A stretch of DNA of 64,000 nucleotides from Lama glama. Taxonomy: Eukaryota. This document shows positions 1-14,970 of this stretch, piece after piece. Every line of letters starts with the position of its first letter. Position 1 is the stretch's first letter. Both the position numbers and the translations under genes were made by a program. Under the pieces are notes generated by a model. The model ran no database searches. It saw only the letters and a list, made by a program, of their open reading frames with translations, and was not told the origin of the DNA. Where the stretch lies: positions 48,672,001 through 48,736,000 of the forward strand of contig CM052817.1 in NCBI GenBank assembly GCA_028534125.1. Reading direction: 5' to 3'.

Positions 1-1554
1 TTTCATGATTTATTTAAGAAACCAGTTAAAACTGGAGAAGCATTTAAAAAAGTATGATTAAAATTTTTTTGTGAGATAAATATATATTAAAGAATTAGAA
101 AATGTAAATTTGCCAAGCAGTTTCATTTCTCCAGATGGTTCCTATAGATCTGTAATTGCTAATGATGATTGTAAATGATATAATACAATAATAGTGAGTA
201 TTAATGAGCTCTTGTAATGTACCAGGCATATAGTAAGCACTCCACAGGCATTATGCCATGCAAAGCTCAAGTTTCAGCAAACTGTGTTTCTGAATGGTAG
301 CTATGAGCAATGTTGGGGTGTCACTGTCCCCCTGAACAGGGAAAGCATCCCTCCTTATTTTTCTTACACCTGCCTGGCTTCACTCATATATGTTACCTGC
401 CTTACCTGGGTGGGCATTTTGGCTTGTGATTCCTGCTCTAAATCTTAAGTGCTTTTCACTACAGCATGCTGGATGACTTTGGCTAAATTGACTTTCTACT
501 CTCTCACTGAGCTTACATTGTAATGTGGCGTGCACTGTTACAAGTTGTAAGAACAAAATAGGCTTCTTAATTAAGAAAAGTGAAATAGGAACAGATGCAT
601 TTTCAGACCTCATGGAGATAGGATGTCATCCAGTATCTTGAGATTGCTCTGGTATCTGCCAGCACCTTCACGGATCAGCAGGCATTGCAGCTTTTCCTCT
701 AGTGGCTGTGCCTTCTTGCAGAGACACAGCTAATGTCTGTGCTGCTTTGCATGACCCGGCTGTTACTAACTGCCTCTTCCTAAGTCTCCAGTTTAAATTT
801 TCTGAGAGGACCTGACTGATTTAACTAAGCACTATTCCATATAGGAGATCTGGATTGGGCAGAACTTTTGGGGTCAGGGAACCTGATAGACTGTTGGCCA
901 GGAAAAGTACCCATCCCTAGTCCAATCTGTTGTGTCCAGGGAGGGAGGGTGAAAGTTACAAAGCATGATTAAGGAAACTTTTAGAAGAGAATGTGGGTCT
1001 GGTAGGCATTTTGAAGCTCCCAGAAGGGGTTATGACTGTCAGATACCTTTCTTGGCCTGTTCAGTATAAGCTTCCTGACATAACGGTTATATTTTTTAAA
1101 AAGTTAAAATCAGACTACTCTTTTATTAATTTATATTAAGCAGCAGAGGTCGCCTCTTGTCAGATTATCTCCCTGTAGAAAGATCTACATCAAAAGCTAA
1201 ATCATAATCACCTAATTATTTATAAATATAGATGTTAAGTGGCAAAAGACTAAGTTGGTTTGACATATAGAGCTAACAAGAGGGATGGATTTGCCACTGG
1301 CCCTGGAATACATGAAGCTGCTTAGCCACAACTTTCTGCATCTTCCCCACATTAGAGATGACCTTACAGATGATTTGTTACTCTGAAGATCACTGGAAAG
1401 AGCTCCTTCAGTAGGTGATGTATGGCTAGACACGACCAGTGTTTCTGACTTGCCTTTTTCTAAGGATGATATTTAATTTTTAACTTTTAGCTGAAGAATT
1501 GTTAATTTTTTCAAAATGAGAATATTTAATATTAATTTTATTTAAAAATTTAAA

Positions 1555-1757
1555 ATTGCAGTATAGTTGATGTACAATCCTATATATAAGGTATAGGTGT
1601 ACAACATAGTGACTCAGTTTTTAAAGGTTATACTCCATTTATAGTTATTATAAAATATTGGCTGTATTCCCTGTGTAGGGCAATACATTCTTTTTTATTT
1701 ATTTATTTATTTTAATTGAAGTATAGTCAGTTTACAATGTATCAATTTCTAGTGTAC
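1555..1757 (-). mobile_element. Two short L1 3'-end fragments (cetartiodactyl type)
   Basis: attgaagtatagtcagtttacaatg and aaggttatactccatttatagttatt motifs, T-rich tails. Confidence 0.65.
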
Positions 1758-1884
1758 TAGCATTCTAAGGTCTGCCAGGAATAGTGTGCTCAATGTGGAG
1801 TTTCTGGAGTATATGGAGCAGAATTTGTCTTTGAAGAGAGGCCTATTAACATTTTCTCACCCACATCTAGTCCACAGGACTACA

Positions 1885-2345
1885 CATTCTCAAAGTGTGA
1901 TCTGGGGACACCCAGAGGTTCTGAGATCCCTTTTTGGTCCTGGAATTCAAAACTATCTTTTATAACAGTACCAAGATGTTATTTGCTCTTTTCAATCTCA
2001 TTCTCTTATCTCACAAGTGCATCGTGGAATATTCCAGAGGCTACATGACATATGATATAGAGTGAATACAGAAGTAGACAGGAGAATCCAGTTATTATAT
2101 ATGAAGCCAGACATTAAAGAGATTCACAAAGTGTCATTATTCTTACTAAAATTTTTGTTTTGAGAAATAGTTATTTTTCATATAAAAATTTTATTTATGC
2201 TAACATGTAATTGGTTTATTGCTGTTATTTCAAAATAGTTGATAAAGGTAAAAAATGTTCTCTATTTTAGTCCACAAAGCCTTTTGGGGTCTTCATTAAT
2301 TTTTAAGAGTATAAATGGATCCCGACACTGAAAAGATCTCTGCTA
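1885..2345. mobile_element. hAT-Charlie-type non-autonomous DNA transposon remnant
   Basis: ttctcaaagtgtgatc terminus and ttccagaggctacatgaca...aagccagacattaaagag internal motifs; subfamily not assigned. Confidence 0.55.
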
Positions 2346-5300
2346 TAGATTTTTTTTCTACCATTACTATAATGCCAAAATTGAAAAGAGGATGTGATTA
2401 CTATATGTGATTCTAATTCTGTAAAATTATAGACACATCAATACACAGGGAAAAGATTGGAAAGAAATAAATAGAAACAAGATCATCTTTGATAGGACAG
2501 TGGTTAATTTAAATTTTGAAAATATCCTTTTCAAAATTTCTAAAATGAATGTGAATTTTTTTATTAGTAAAATAAAATGATACGTTAGATATCATTTAAA
2601 ATAGTGCGTGCTGATTCTGTGGTAATGCATATGTGGTAAAGAGAACCAGAATAAACTCATTTAGACATTTAGGGTTATTTCCAAGTCTACAAAATTTAGT
2701 ACTACAAAAGCTCTACAAAATACAATTCCTCACACTTTTCAAAGAGAATGAAGTCTTTCTAATCTCTAGATGGGCTTCATCTTTTTTTTTTAAACCTCTA
2801 TTTTCTTTCAGATCTCTTTGAAAGAATTACATTGCGAGAAAATTTCTGCAGGAGAGAGGACTGAAAATGAGACATGAAGTTACAACAAAATGGTAATGTC
2901 AATTTGAAGGTAAAATTCTTGGAACAGAGAAATTCCAGGATTTTCTCTGTTTCAGTGACTTTAATTACATTCATTCTTAATAAATTATACTTCCACATAA
3001 TCTACAGTTACATCGGAATCCTCCTCATAAATTTAATTAATGCATCCATCTGGTCATTAGTGAACATTCACTGGATGATTTCTCTGAACTAGTCAGTGGG
3101 CTCTGGTGTTGAGATTACAGGGGTGAATAATCATGGTCCCTTTCCTCTCTAACAGTCTGTGAGATAGTCACACATATAAAGAACTAATTAAAGTTCGGTC
3201 TGACAAGTAGGATGTGCCAAGAACTATGCCACCATGTAAAGTTTAGAAGTTGATTCATTTACTCAGTCAGAATTTACTGAGGTCTAACTTTGTGCAAAGT
3301 ACAGTGTTAAGGGATTTAGGGGGCCTGGCAAATACTTTTGCTTTCTAGACACTTAGAGTCCTGCTGAGGAGATAATGATGCTCACACACTTAAGATCAGC
3401 AGTGGTAGCTCAAGGCAGTATGAGATTAAATTCCAACCACGTAAAGTAAATAGGGCCATAGCATTTCAGAGAAGAGACCTTTAAAGGCAGGAGCAGTTTC
3501 AAAAATCTAATTTCAAAGCCCCCTGAATGAGCCTTGAAGAGCTGTAGAGCCACAGGGCTGAGAGCAGGGACATGGTGTCTGAGTGTGGAGGTGGCAAATA
3601 GTGTACCTTTTTTGTACTCCTCAGACCTGAAACCCTCTTTTTATATAAATACTTCCTTTCCTGAAATTAAATTCATTCTGTAACCTCCATGTGGACATAA
3701 TTTAAAAACTGCATTAAATGTAAGTATAAAATCCTTACTATAATTTAAAGGAGAAAGAAAAGTATGATAAGAAGTGTGCACTTTGGTATAAAGCGCTTGA
3801 GCACAACTACACAAGAAGCCAAAATGAAGTAGTCAGATGTCTGTACCTACTTGTAATGACTAAAAATTTGGAAGAAGTAAAATTAAAAGCCATGCTGAAC
3901 AAGAAGCAAAATGAGAGAGTAGAGGTGCAGTAGACACCACAATAAAAACTACCGTTAGGTTAAGTAATGACAGACTAACCTGTCTACATCTGGTAAGAGA
4001 AAGTGGGAAATAACCTTAACTGCAGTAGGGACAACATGTCAAGACAAATTACAGATTGTTGAAGTGAGAAAATGAGGAAGTATGATATTCTTGCAAATGA
4101 GCTGGCCTTATTTACAAGTGTGTGTCAAAATAATTCCCTCTGTTGCATGGGGCAGACGAGAATAGTTTAATAAACAAAATCTATCTTGAAACCACATGTT
4201 GAGGTATAGATTCTGTCTTGAATATCCAAAGGGACCACAGAGACCATACAGTTTGATTGTGAACAGGAGACTAGAGATCTATTGAAAAAAGAAATAACAA
4301 TTCAAGGGATAAAAGAGAAGTTTTGTAGCAGATCTCTGGGAACCATAAAGTTGAAAAGAACAGTGGGCAATTTCAAGAAATTTCAGACTGTGATTTTCAT
4401 AACATACATAATTAGAAAACATTATGCTCCCAAATTAAAATAATAGAATTCTTAATAAAATGTGGTGAGATCTGTGCATTTCATGTATGTCCACTAATAT
4501 TAATGGTATCTCAAATCTTCTCTATATAATATTGGCAAGTATCAGCTACAAAGGCAGATGGTACAAATGTGGCCATTAGCTCAAATGCCATGAATAGTGC
4601 TTGCCTTTAGGGACATGATTTTCCGCAATGGTTAACTACTCTTGGAAAAGTTTGAGCAGAAACCAAGTATTCTCTCTCCATGATTAAAAGGAAGGTATGG
4701 GCCTAAAATATTCTGTGTATATTAACATTCAAAAAGAGTTAGATCCTAGGCTCAGATAAACAAATTGTTTTATTTACCTCCATGAAAATCTGGTGGACAC
4801 TTGAAAGGCATGCAGGATGTGAACTACATCTTTCTCGTTTGGCACTTCCCCATATATCGTAGAACACTGAGCAGCACTGGCACTTGCCATCTGCATTACA
4901 AGGTCCCATTACTATACAGCAATGAAAAGGACTTTCAAATCAAGGCTGCAGATTTTATTCACAAAGACTTGAGAAGTTATTGGAGCGTTCTAATGTCTTA
5001 CCTTACTCTAAAATTCACCTCTGTAGCTTTTCATGTTTCTGTAATTTTTATACTATCACAACTCAAAAGAATCAAACTCCTTGTGTAAAAAAAAAAGTGA
5101 GTTTGCAAGTTTTATCAACTCACTAGTGGATGTTTAAACAGAGTTCAAATCCCAGCTGTCTGCCATAGTCTTTTGTGGTTAAAACATCGGTCATGGGGAA
5201 CGTTCATTTCAGGGATGTCATTCCTGGAATGTCATGTCTGCTTACCACATCAAATAAGTAACTACTGGCTATGTTATGAAGGGGGTAAGAATAGTGTATC

Positions 5301-5624
5301 TCCAGAATTTTTGTTTTGGAAATTTTACAGCCTTGCAACAATGCAAATCTTTAAATCATGTCTAAGTGAGGAAAGAACATACTTGATTTTTCTTGGGGCA
5401 GCTGACCAGATTTTTACTCAAGACTTCACGTGGTTTTGGGTCACTTTCTCCGTTAGCGTCTAGGTCTCTTACTTTATGCTGACTGCCTTAGTTTAGCATT
5501 ATACTGCAAGCATTTTCCAATGTTATATTTTTTAACACATAATATTTCATTAACTATCCATATAATTACAATTTTATCTATTTAATAAAATTCTTCATTT
5601 TCCTTTAATTGAAAATACTCACCA

Positions 5625-5742
5625 CTGGGCCCCACTCTCAGAGATTTTGAATTGCTCTGGAATGGAATCTGGTCATAGATATTTTGTAAAGTTTGCCAGG
5701 AAATTTTAATGTATAGCCAGGCCTGGGAAGCACTGCTCTAAG
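5625..5742. mobile_element. MER5-like DNA transposon fragment
   Basis: gggccccactctcagagatt...gggaagcactgctcta. Confidence 0.55.
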
Positions 5743-5821
5743 TTACACAGCCAAACTACTTTCCCTAAGGTTGTATTGACTTATAGCAGAATCAGTTACA
5801 TACAGCACACAGCCTTTTCTT

Positions 5822-6307
5822 CTTCTTAATTGTAGTTGATTTATAATGTTGTATTAATTTCTGGTGTACAGCATAATGATTCATTTATACATATATATTC
5901 CTTTTCATATTCTTTTTCATTATGGGTTATTACAAGGTATTGAATATAGTTCTCTGTGCTATACAGTAAGACCTTGCTTTGTTTATCTATTTTATATATA
6001 GTAGTTGTATCTATGAATCCTGAGCTCCCAGTTTATCCCTCTCCACACCCCCTTTCCCCCTGGTAACCATAAGTTTGTCTATGTCTGTGAGTCTGTCTCT
6101 GTTTTGTAAATAAGTTCATTTGTGTACTTTTTTTTTTTTTTAGAGTCCACATGTAAGTGATATAATATTGTATTTTTCTTTCTTTTTTTCTGGCTTGGTA
6201 TGGGATCTCTAGGTCCATCCATGTTGCTGCAAATGGCATTATTTCACTCTTTTTTATAGCTGAGTAGTATTCAGTAGTATTTTAGTATATATATATATAA
6301 AACAGAA

Positions 6308-6338
<31 letters not shown>

Positions 6339-6623
6339 CACAACTTCTTTATCCAGTCATCTGTCATTGGATATTTAGGTTGCTTCCATGTCTTGGCTAT
6401 TGTAAATAGTGTTGTTATGAACATTGGGTTATCTTTTTGAATTAGAGTTCCCTCTGGATATATGTCCAAGAGTGGGATTGCTGGATCATAGAGCAAGTCT
6501 ATTTTCAGTTTTTAAAGGAATCTCCATACCATTTTGCATAATTGCTGCACCAAACTGCATTCCCAACAGCAGTGTAGGAGGGCTCCCTTTTCTCCACACC
6601 CTCTCCAGCATTTATCATTTGCA
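5822..6623 (-). mobile_element. L1 3' end (ORF2 C-terminus and 3'UTR), antisense
   Basis: ORF 6033..6239 MPFAATWMDLE is the L1 ORF2 terminus; typical 3'UTR; internal (TCTG/TCTA)n. Confidence 0.9.
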
Positions 6624-6669
6624 ACTCACAACTTTTTTCACCATCACTCATCATTATGGTTACAGTTTG

Positions 6670-6830
6670 TCCGAGTGTTTAAAGTGTGATCCTTAGGTTT
6701 AGCAACATTGGCATCGCTTGGAGAAATGCAGAAACTCTGGTCCTTTCTTTGCTTCATTTAATCAGGATCTAGTTTTAACAAGGTCCTCTGGTGATTTGAA
6801 CACACGTTAAAGTTTGAGAAGCACTGATGT
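6670..6830. mobile_element. MER5A-like DNA transposon
   Basis: aaagtgtgatcc...gaaatgcaga...aaagtttgagaagcactg. Confidence 0.6.
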
Positions 6831-7734
6831 AAGATGCCTTAATTTTGATAAAGCAAAAACGATATCTTGTTTTTATTTGAACTTGTAGAAGTTTAACTTT
6901 TTAAATTTTTAAAAAATTTTATACAGTTTTTAAAGGTTACTTTCCATTTAGTTATTACAAAACTATTGGTATATTTCTCATGTTGTGTAATACATCCTTG
7001 AACCTACCTTACACCCAATAGTTTAGCAGAAATTCAACTTTTGAAGTTAAACTTTCCCTTTCATATGCTTATTGTGCATTTTGGCTCTTCTTTTTGAATT
7101 GTTCATTTCCAGCCTTTGCCTAGTTTAAAATTAGGGCGATTTTCTTAGATGTCTGAAGATATGAAAAAACAAATGGGCTTAAAAAGGAACATGAATGAAC
7201 TAATAAATAGTGATCTATTGACACTGGAAGCAAATGATACAAAAGAGAGGTGGGGAGAAGGTTCTGAACAAAGAAGGGATTTTTAAATTGATCTTTACTT
7301 AGGGCTCTTAGCATTTATATCTCTATTCTTAGCATTTATCAAATACTCAGTCATCCATTCATTCAATACATTTTCTGATTATCTGTATATAGTGTACTGT
7401 ACCTGGCTTTAAGAAGGCTGCTTGCTTATCTTGAGGCCTTACAATCTATTCGGTATGGTTACATGTACACAAAGTTGATGATAAAAAGTTTTGTTGGTTA
7501 AGGTTCCATGAGTGCTAACTGTATGGCTCAGATGTTGAGTTCATCTAGGCATTAGGTGATGAGTAGTGGAAGGAATGAAACTCACATCCATTGAATTACC
7601 ATGTATGTATCCTATCTTATTCAATTCCCATGATAGCTCCAAGGTCATCAGGATACTTGGATCATAAACCATGTGAAGAGTTGGACAGTGATTGCTTTGG
7701 TGACAAATCAGAGTTTATTTGGGAGAGAAAGGAG

Positions 7735-8480
7735 CAACTTTTCCTTACAGTAGAATTCTAATTAATAAATGGTAAAGGAATGAGAGAAATAGAAAGTTAT
7801 CATTAGAATTCCACAGTAATCACTGCTGCAGGCAAGATCTATAGATGAATGTTAAAATTAGTGGTCAAAACTTTAAGGAGAAAGAGTGTTTTCTTAGCTA
7901 AAAACTATCTTCCCCAAATATTTATTGAGTCAAAAGGGAAAAATAGTAAATTTATGGTGGAGAAGCCTAGTAGATACCATTTCAGCAACCCATAAGACAT
8001 ATTTGATACCATGTATCCCCTGAAGAAGGGCACATCACCTCTGTGATATTCTTCCTTAAAATTTATAACCTCAATCTAATTGTGAGAAAACATCAGAAAA
8101 ATCCAAATTGGATTAGTCAACAAAACTACTGACCAATATTCTTCAAAAACATCGAGGTCATTAAAGATAAGGAGTCACTGAGGAGTTGTTACCAATTGAA
8201 AAATGGCTAGAGAAATATGGCAACTAAATGAAGTGTAGGATCATGAATTGTACTCTGGAACAGAAAAAGAAAAGTAGAAGAAAAACTTGTGAGTCCCACA
8301 TAAAATCTGTAGTTTAGTTAATAATATTGTGCTAATATAAATTTCTTAGTTTTGATAATTGTACCATAGTTACGTGAGATGTTAACATTATGAGAAGTTG
8401 GTTGAACGGTATGTGGAAACTCACTGTACCATCTTTACAACCCTTCCATAAGTTTATTTCCAAATAAAAAGTTAAAACAT
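7735..8480 (+). mobile_element. Old L1M 3' region, sense
   Basis: aatttcttagttttgataattgtacca...ttccaaataaaaagttaaaa terminus. Confidence 0.7.
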
Positions 8481-11400
8481 AAAAAACAACTTTTACTGCA
8501 AAAGAAAAAGTTCAGCTATGCCTCTTCATCTTGATTCAGTCCTCAACGTAGGATTGCAGCCCTAACCATCTAATGATAAAGAGGAAATTAAAAAAAAAAT
8601 GCAGTTAGGTTTTCCTTTTGTAAAGAGTGACCATTTCATTACAGAATACTGAAGTATTGGCTGTATACAGCCACTCCTTCACTGTCAAGGTCTGCAAAGC
8701 ATTTTCCTGTGAGAAGAAAATTACATGTTGTACAGAATCAGAGGTGTTTCTGAAACTTCACTTCGCAATCAATAGAATTTCATCTCCGTCATCATGTATC
8801 CCAGCCTGCTTATTTTCACTTTGTAATTAGAAAAGGAGACGGAAATAATAGTATATGTTTAAATATTACTTTATACTTTGCAAAGTAGTTTTAAATTTAT
8901 ATTTCTTTTTATCCTCACCAGCCCTATGAGATACGGTCATTATTATTAGTATTCCTGTTTTGCAGATTTCAAAATATAGGCTCTGGGATGTTTGTTAAGT
9001 TCTAAGGACACAGAACTTCCTATTTGGCTAGTACTTTTTTCTACCTCCCTGAAACTTTCCTACATTCTCTGAAAGTGAAAGTGAAAGGTCAAATTCTTTT
9101 GCCCTTACAGGTCAGAAAACAGGGTAACACTTATAATGTAATAATAATAATAGCAACACCCAGCCTTTATTGCAGTCTTACAATATGCTAAAGAGTTTGC
9201 CAAATATTTTCTAGATATATAATCTCATTTAACCTTTTTTAAAAATAATTTTATAAGGGGGTCAAAATAGACCCGGAGAGGATTGGCATCTGATTGGATG
9301 TGGTAGACAGGAGAAGAGGGAAGCTTAAAGGGTTATGATGATTATAAGCTTTGGTGATGTGGAATATGGTGGGACCACTAACAAAAATGGAGGGTGCAGG
9401 AAGAGGAACATGTGGGAAGGTAATTTCATTTTTGAGTATGCTGTGTGTACTGTTGACTCGACCCCCTATTTGCCTTCTTTAAAGCACTTAGAATTATTTG
9501 TTAAGACTACACAAAATGTAAAAAAAGAAAAAAAGATTAAACAAAATGTAAATACACATGCTATTATAATTGTTCAGAGACTAAGACTTGATCAGATATG
9601 AGAATGTAAGCTCATAACTTTCAGCAGATCATCCAGTATCCACTTGCTTGGCATGATGTGAAAGCTTCCCTAAGCATGTTCCTGCATTGGTGCAGCTAGC
9701 TTCAGTTAAACCAATGAGACATCCCTTTGAAAAGCAAATCATACTACAATTACAGTGTGTGGGGCAGACGGGGGCGTGGAGGGGTTAAAGGATTGATAAT
9801 TAACTATGAGACGCTTGCTGACACAAAGTCTGATTTGAACAGTGATTAAAGAAAAAGTGTCTACAGTTATTATGGTAGATGGGTTTTCCCCCTCTGTAAC
9901 CCCGCAACTACATCCCTCATTGTGGAGATGGTGGGGAGAGACACTACATTATTAAGCAATCATACATGAGCTGATCAAGCACATATAGGGCCCACAAGAA
10001 TGTACAAAACGTCTTTCAGGTCAGAGACAAGTCCTTCAACCCACACGACTCCACAGGGGCCTAGGGTTCAAATGTCCTCACCAGTTATTCACAGACAAGT
10101 GACCCTTCATATCTCATGGAAATAACTGCTTATGCTTCTAGAGTACTTTACATTTGGTAGAAGAGAAAATGAGCCTTCTCTTGGGACTTACATCTTTTGT
10201 ATGATCTCTAGATTCCTTTAATCCAGGCCCACACTTTCTTGTCCCATGTTTCCAGAGCAAGCATGTTGTCAGTCACATCTGATTCCCCACTGGGTGGGGC
10301 TCATTGAAGGGGCGTCTCGTCTCATGGGTGGAGTGTCTATGAGCCAATCAGACCTTCCACACTGCCAGATGGACCACCTTGTAGCTGGTCTTGCATTTGA
10401 TATTATTCCTAAAGATCTCTCTTATCCCTCCTTTCCTTTCTTCTTTACCAAATTGCCCCTCCCCTACCCCTGTTACCCTTGGTATGTATGTCGCAGCAAT
10501 GGGGAGGGATGAAGGAAAGTATACCAAATTATCTCACTAATTTTCAGGTAGGGAGAAGGGGGAAAAGAGGCTCACAGTGGTAGGAAATTCTGACTTGACT
10601 TTTCATGGCGATAGATCAACAGAGATCATTGAAGATTTCTTACTGTACAAAATCCCTTTAAAAATGTAAGGGAACTGGTTGTATAAATTATGGTTAATCG
10701 ATAAAGTGGAACACAATTTAGACATTAAAATTATGTGTTAGCAAAATAATGACAGGAGAAAATATTTATGGTATATAGTTAAGTGGAAGAAGCATGTTAT
10801 GTAACAGTATATATTACTGCAGAATAAACTCAACTTTGTGAAAAAGATATGTAAAATATGCATAGAAAAAAGTGACTAGAAGGTACACATCAAAGTGTTA
10901 ATGTTAGTAACATATGAATGGTGGGATTTGGGTTACTAATTTTCTTTCTTATAATTTTCTTCGTTTAAAAACTTTTCTGTTTTAAAAAACAGCTGGTGAC
11001 TGGCTGAAAGTTCTCATTATTTGATAAACTCCACCAGCTCCAAAGAATAGTGGCTATTTTTACAGTCCTGATATAATAATATGTTTTACTTTTTAAATGA
11101 AAACATATATACATATTCAAAGTAAGCAGAATAACTTGTGTAATGTTTTGGAGTTCAGCATACACACAAACATATTCACATACCCTTCATATCAAAGTCT
11201 TGTTCATTTTTTTTTTTAATTTGGGACAAAGAGGGACCATTAACACTTAATTTTTGAGAATTCCAAATGTATTGTATTTTTAGTGAATACCCATTTCTTA
11301 TTTGATATACAGTGGTGTGGGGCACCATATGGGGTTGTTCCTATTTTATCTGAATCAGCAACCAAGCCCCAGTTGAGAACAATGGGGGTGAGTATCCACA

Positions 11401-11519
11401 TTCTTAGTTTCAGGGGACTGCCAGGTGTTTATTGAGATCACACACTTCCTGGAGCATCATGCACCTTTTGATTGTTAGCTGATCTTCCCCCTGCCAAAGA
11501 TACTGTGGCATGGGTTAGG

Positions 11520-12420
11520 AGTAAAGACAGGGAGATTTTTCTGGCTTCAATAATGATAGATTACTAATTTAGACTGATTTTCCCTGCTCAAGACAACTAA
11601 AAACTGAATGATACATTAAAAAATGTTAAAACCATCAAAGAGTTAATCAGCTAGTAAAGAATCACTGGGCCAAACCCAGGGGGAGATGGATGTCTGGAAA
11701 GGAGAGTCCAGCATTTAGGGCTGTTTTTGTGCTGGTGCTGGTTGCTGATCTGGAAGTGGCTAAAGTGTATATTCAATAGGCTGAGTGGCCTGGAGGGACA
11801 ACAGTCAGAGTCCAGGGCCCACCAAATGTGGGAGCCCTGGAAAGCTACTCCCCAGGTGGATTAGGGCCCAGCAGGGGTGAACTAGAAGTAAGTCAGCCCT
11901 CGAGCGACTGCAGCCTGCCTTTCTGTGATCTGAGGGGCCCAGAAAAATCTTAAACTCTAAAATTGGATTAGGATGATCCAGGTTGTTGTTTCCCTGGCCT
12001 CCTGGCAAAAATAAACAGAAATGCTCTCTGGTCCTAATTGTTTCTACAAAAAATTTTTAGAAACAAAATTTGACTTGTTATCAAAGATGACCTGATTTAG
12101 GAGGAGGCAAGAAACCATGAGGAGGAATGAGAAGAAAAACAGACAATAGGAAGAAACAGACGGGGAATCAAGATAATTAGAATTATACTCTGCTTTGAAA
12201 AAACTAAGACTATATTCAAAGAGATAAAAGCAAAGCTTGAAAACTTTGACAGGGAACAGGAAACTATAAAATACGACGTAGCAGATTTCAGAAAGAGCCA
12301 AATAGAAATTCTGAAACTGAAAACACCAATAAACAAAATTAAGAGAACAATAGATAGTTTAACAGTAGGCTAGATGCAGCTGGAGAAAGAACTCATGAAT
12401 GACACATAGATCCCAAGGTT
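11520..12420 (+). mobile_element. Old L1 5'UTR/ORF1 remnant
   Basis: A-rich ORF1-like gaaattctgaaactgaaaacaccaata...agtaggctagatgcagctggagaaaga. Confidence 0.55.
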
Positions 12421-13422
12421 AGAATGTAGGGTGACAGTAAACATCCTTAGCAATATATATTGACATCCAGGAGGTTGTACTCAAAATACTGAGGATGCAA
12501 TGTGCGACATGAATATGTCCACAACACCAGTGGTGGCTATCTACCTGGGATGATAATGGGGAGGCAGGGTGATGATCTGCACAGAAAGTGATCTTGGATG
12601 TGCTACCTTACTTCTATGACTTCTCAATTGTTCTATTCTCAGTTGCACAGGGACATTGAAATAAAGTAGTAGGATCTTTAGTTCCTAAAAATATTTCGTA
12701 GCTTCTATAAGGGACAAAAATACACTACTTGCTGAGATTGTCTTATATGTAACGTCTTCTTGCAGGTTAAAGTTAAAGGAAGTTTAAATTAGTTGTTCTT
12801 TTGAATTTTCCTCTGAAGTGAATAATTGTTACAATTTTTGTCCTGTGTGTTGATCTAAAATCTGTCACATACCCATTTCATATTAGGTATATAGTTACCT
12901 GTTTTAGTTTAACAAATTTAAAGTTTTAAGAATATCAATAATTAAAAGTTCAACTTGTATTTGCTTAGTCCCATTAAATTTCCTGAATATGGCTTTTTGC
13001 GTCTTAGATTAGATGTCTACAGGTCAGGTCTGCCAGTATTCTACTGGGAGGATGAGCCTGCAATTTTATGACCCTTTAGTGTGACTTTTTTCCTGGCCTG
13101 CGGAGGTCTTCCTACCCAAGGGATAATGTAGACAGTTGGAGGAGTTATAAAATCTTGTTTCCTTCTTTCCTACTTACTCTCATGGTATTACAAGGCATTA
13201 ATCACTTACATACTTTGCTCATACTCTCTGTGGTTTTCCTTAAATGTTGTCCTTAATCACCCTTCCTCCTGACTGCTTGAGTTCTTGCTTGCATTTATGG
13301 ATAGCTATCATAGTTGAGACTTTATTTGTTCCTAGAAGTACCCATTCCCCCTAAAGGGGCCATTGCTGTCTTTTCCCTGGCTCCGGCTGGTTCATTATGC
13401 TTTTAGATTTGCTTTCTCAGGA

Positions 13423-13436
13423 CCACGAGGGGGCGA
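13423..13436 (+). promoter_or_regulatory. Candidate CTCF binding site CCACGAGGGGGCGA
   Basis: Close match to the CTCF core CCAC-AG(G/A)GGGCGC; CpGs retained in a CpG-poor background. Confidence 0.55.
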
Positions 13437-13544
13437 CGTTTTCTATCTCTTAGTCATCATTTCTAGCAAACAGTATCAATCTGCAAACACTGTGGGCTAA
13501 TATTTTAAAATACTAACCAGTAATTTCTTGATATATTTAAAGAT

Positions 13545-14970
13545 TAATATTATTAAACAACACAATTTTAAGTTTACAGAAATATTGAGCAGAAAGTACA
13601 TAGAGCTCCTCTTTATCTCCTTTCCCATTACCCTACAGTTAATCTTATTGCTAATATCTTGCATTAGTGTCATAAATTTGTTACAATTGATGATCCAATA
13701 CTGACACATTTTATTAACTAAATCCAACAGTTTACATTCTGATTTACTCTTTATGTTGTATATTATGTGGGTTTTGAAAAATGTATGTACCTACTGTCTC
13801 TGTATCTGTATTACACAGAATAGTTTCATTGCCCTAAAAATCCCTTGTACTTCACCTGTTCATCCTTCCTCTCCCCAGAACTCTGGCAGTCACCGACCGT
13901 TTTACTGTCACCACAGTTTTGCCTTTTCCAAAATGTCATCTAGCTGGAATCGTGTAGTATATATCTTTGCATATTGGCTTCTTTTGCTTAGCAGTATGCA
14001 TTTAAGATTACTTCATGACTTTCTGTGACTTGATAACTGACTAATACTCCATTGTATGGTTTACCACAGTTTTCTTATCCATTCAACTATTGAAGGACAT
14101 CTTGTTTACTTCCAGGTTTGGCAATTATGAGTAAAGTTGCTATACACATTTGTATGCAGATTCTTGTGTGAACTAAAGTTTTCAGTTCATATGGGTAAAT
14201 ACTAAGGAGCACAATTGCTTGATCATATGGCTAAGAGTATCTTAAGTTTTGTAAGAAACTGCCAAACTGTCTCCCAAAGTAGCTGTACCATTTTGCATTT
14301 CTACCGGCAATGAATGGGAGTTCCTGTTGCTTCACATCCTTAGCAGTATTTGACGTTACCAGTGTTGTGGATTTTAACCTTTCTAATAGGTGTTTAATGG
14401 TATCTCATTGGTTTTAAATTTGCAGTTTCGTGCTGACATATGATGTTGAGCCTTGTTTCCCGTATTCTGAATAATTGCCATCTGTATGTCTTCTTTGGTG
14501 AGGTGTCTGTTCAGGATTTTTGCCTATTCAAAAAAATTGTATTGCTTGTTTTGTTATTGTTGAATTTTATGAATTCTTTCTATATTTTGCATGCCAGTCC
14601 TTTATCAGGTATATGTTTTGCTAAGATTTTTCTCCTAGTCTGTGGCTTGTCTTTTTATTTTCTTAACACTATCTTTTGCAGTGCAGAAAAATTTAACTTT
14701 AGTGAAAGTCTAACTTACCAATTTTTCCTTCATAGAGTGTACTTTTGATATGCTATCTAAAAAGTCATCACCAAACCTAACATTATCTAGATATACTCCC
14801 ACATTATATATACTAGGAATCTCTGGCTTTGCATTTTATGTTTAGGTATATAAATTTTTTTTAAGACTCCTCTATTTTTATTTATTTATTTATTTTTTGC
14901 ATTTTTTTCTAGGTCTATGAAATTAATTTGAGTTAATTTTTGTGAAATGTGTAAGGTCAATATCTATTCT
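13545..14970 (-). mobile_element. L1M (L1MA/L1MB-like) 3' portion, antisense
   Basis: gtaagaaactgccaaactgt...gtaccattttgcatt and ttctttggtgaggtgtctgttcag L1 ORF2 motifs. Confidence 0.85.

Noticed and set aside
1140..1153. CTCF-like GCAGCAGAGGTCGC
   Set aside because: Two mismatches at informative core positions
3590..4800. Possible old DNA-transposon internal sequence
   Set aside because: Could not define termini or recognise a transposase frame by eye
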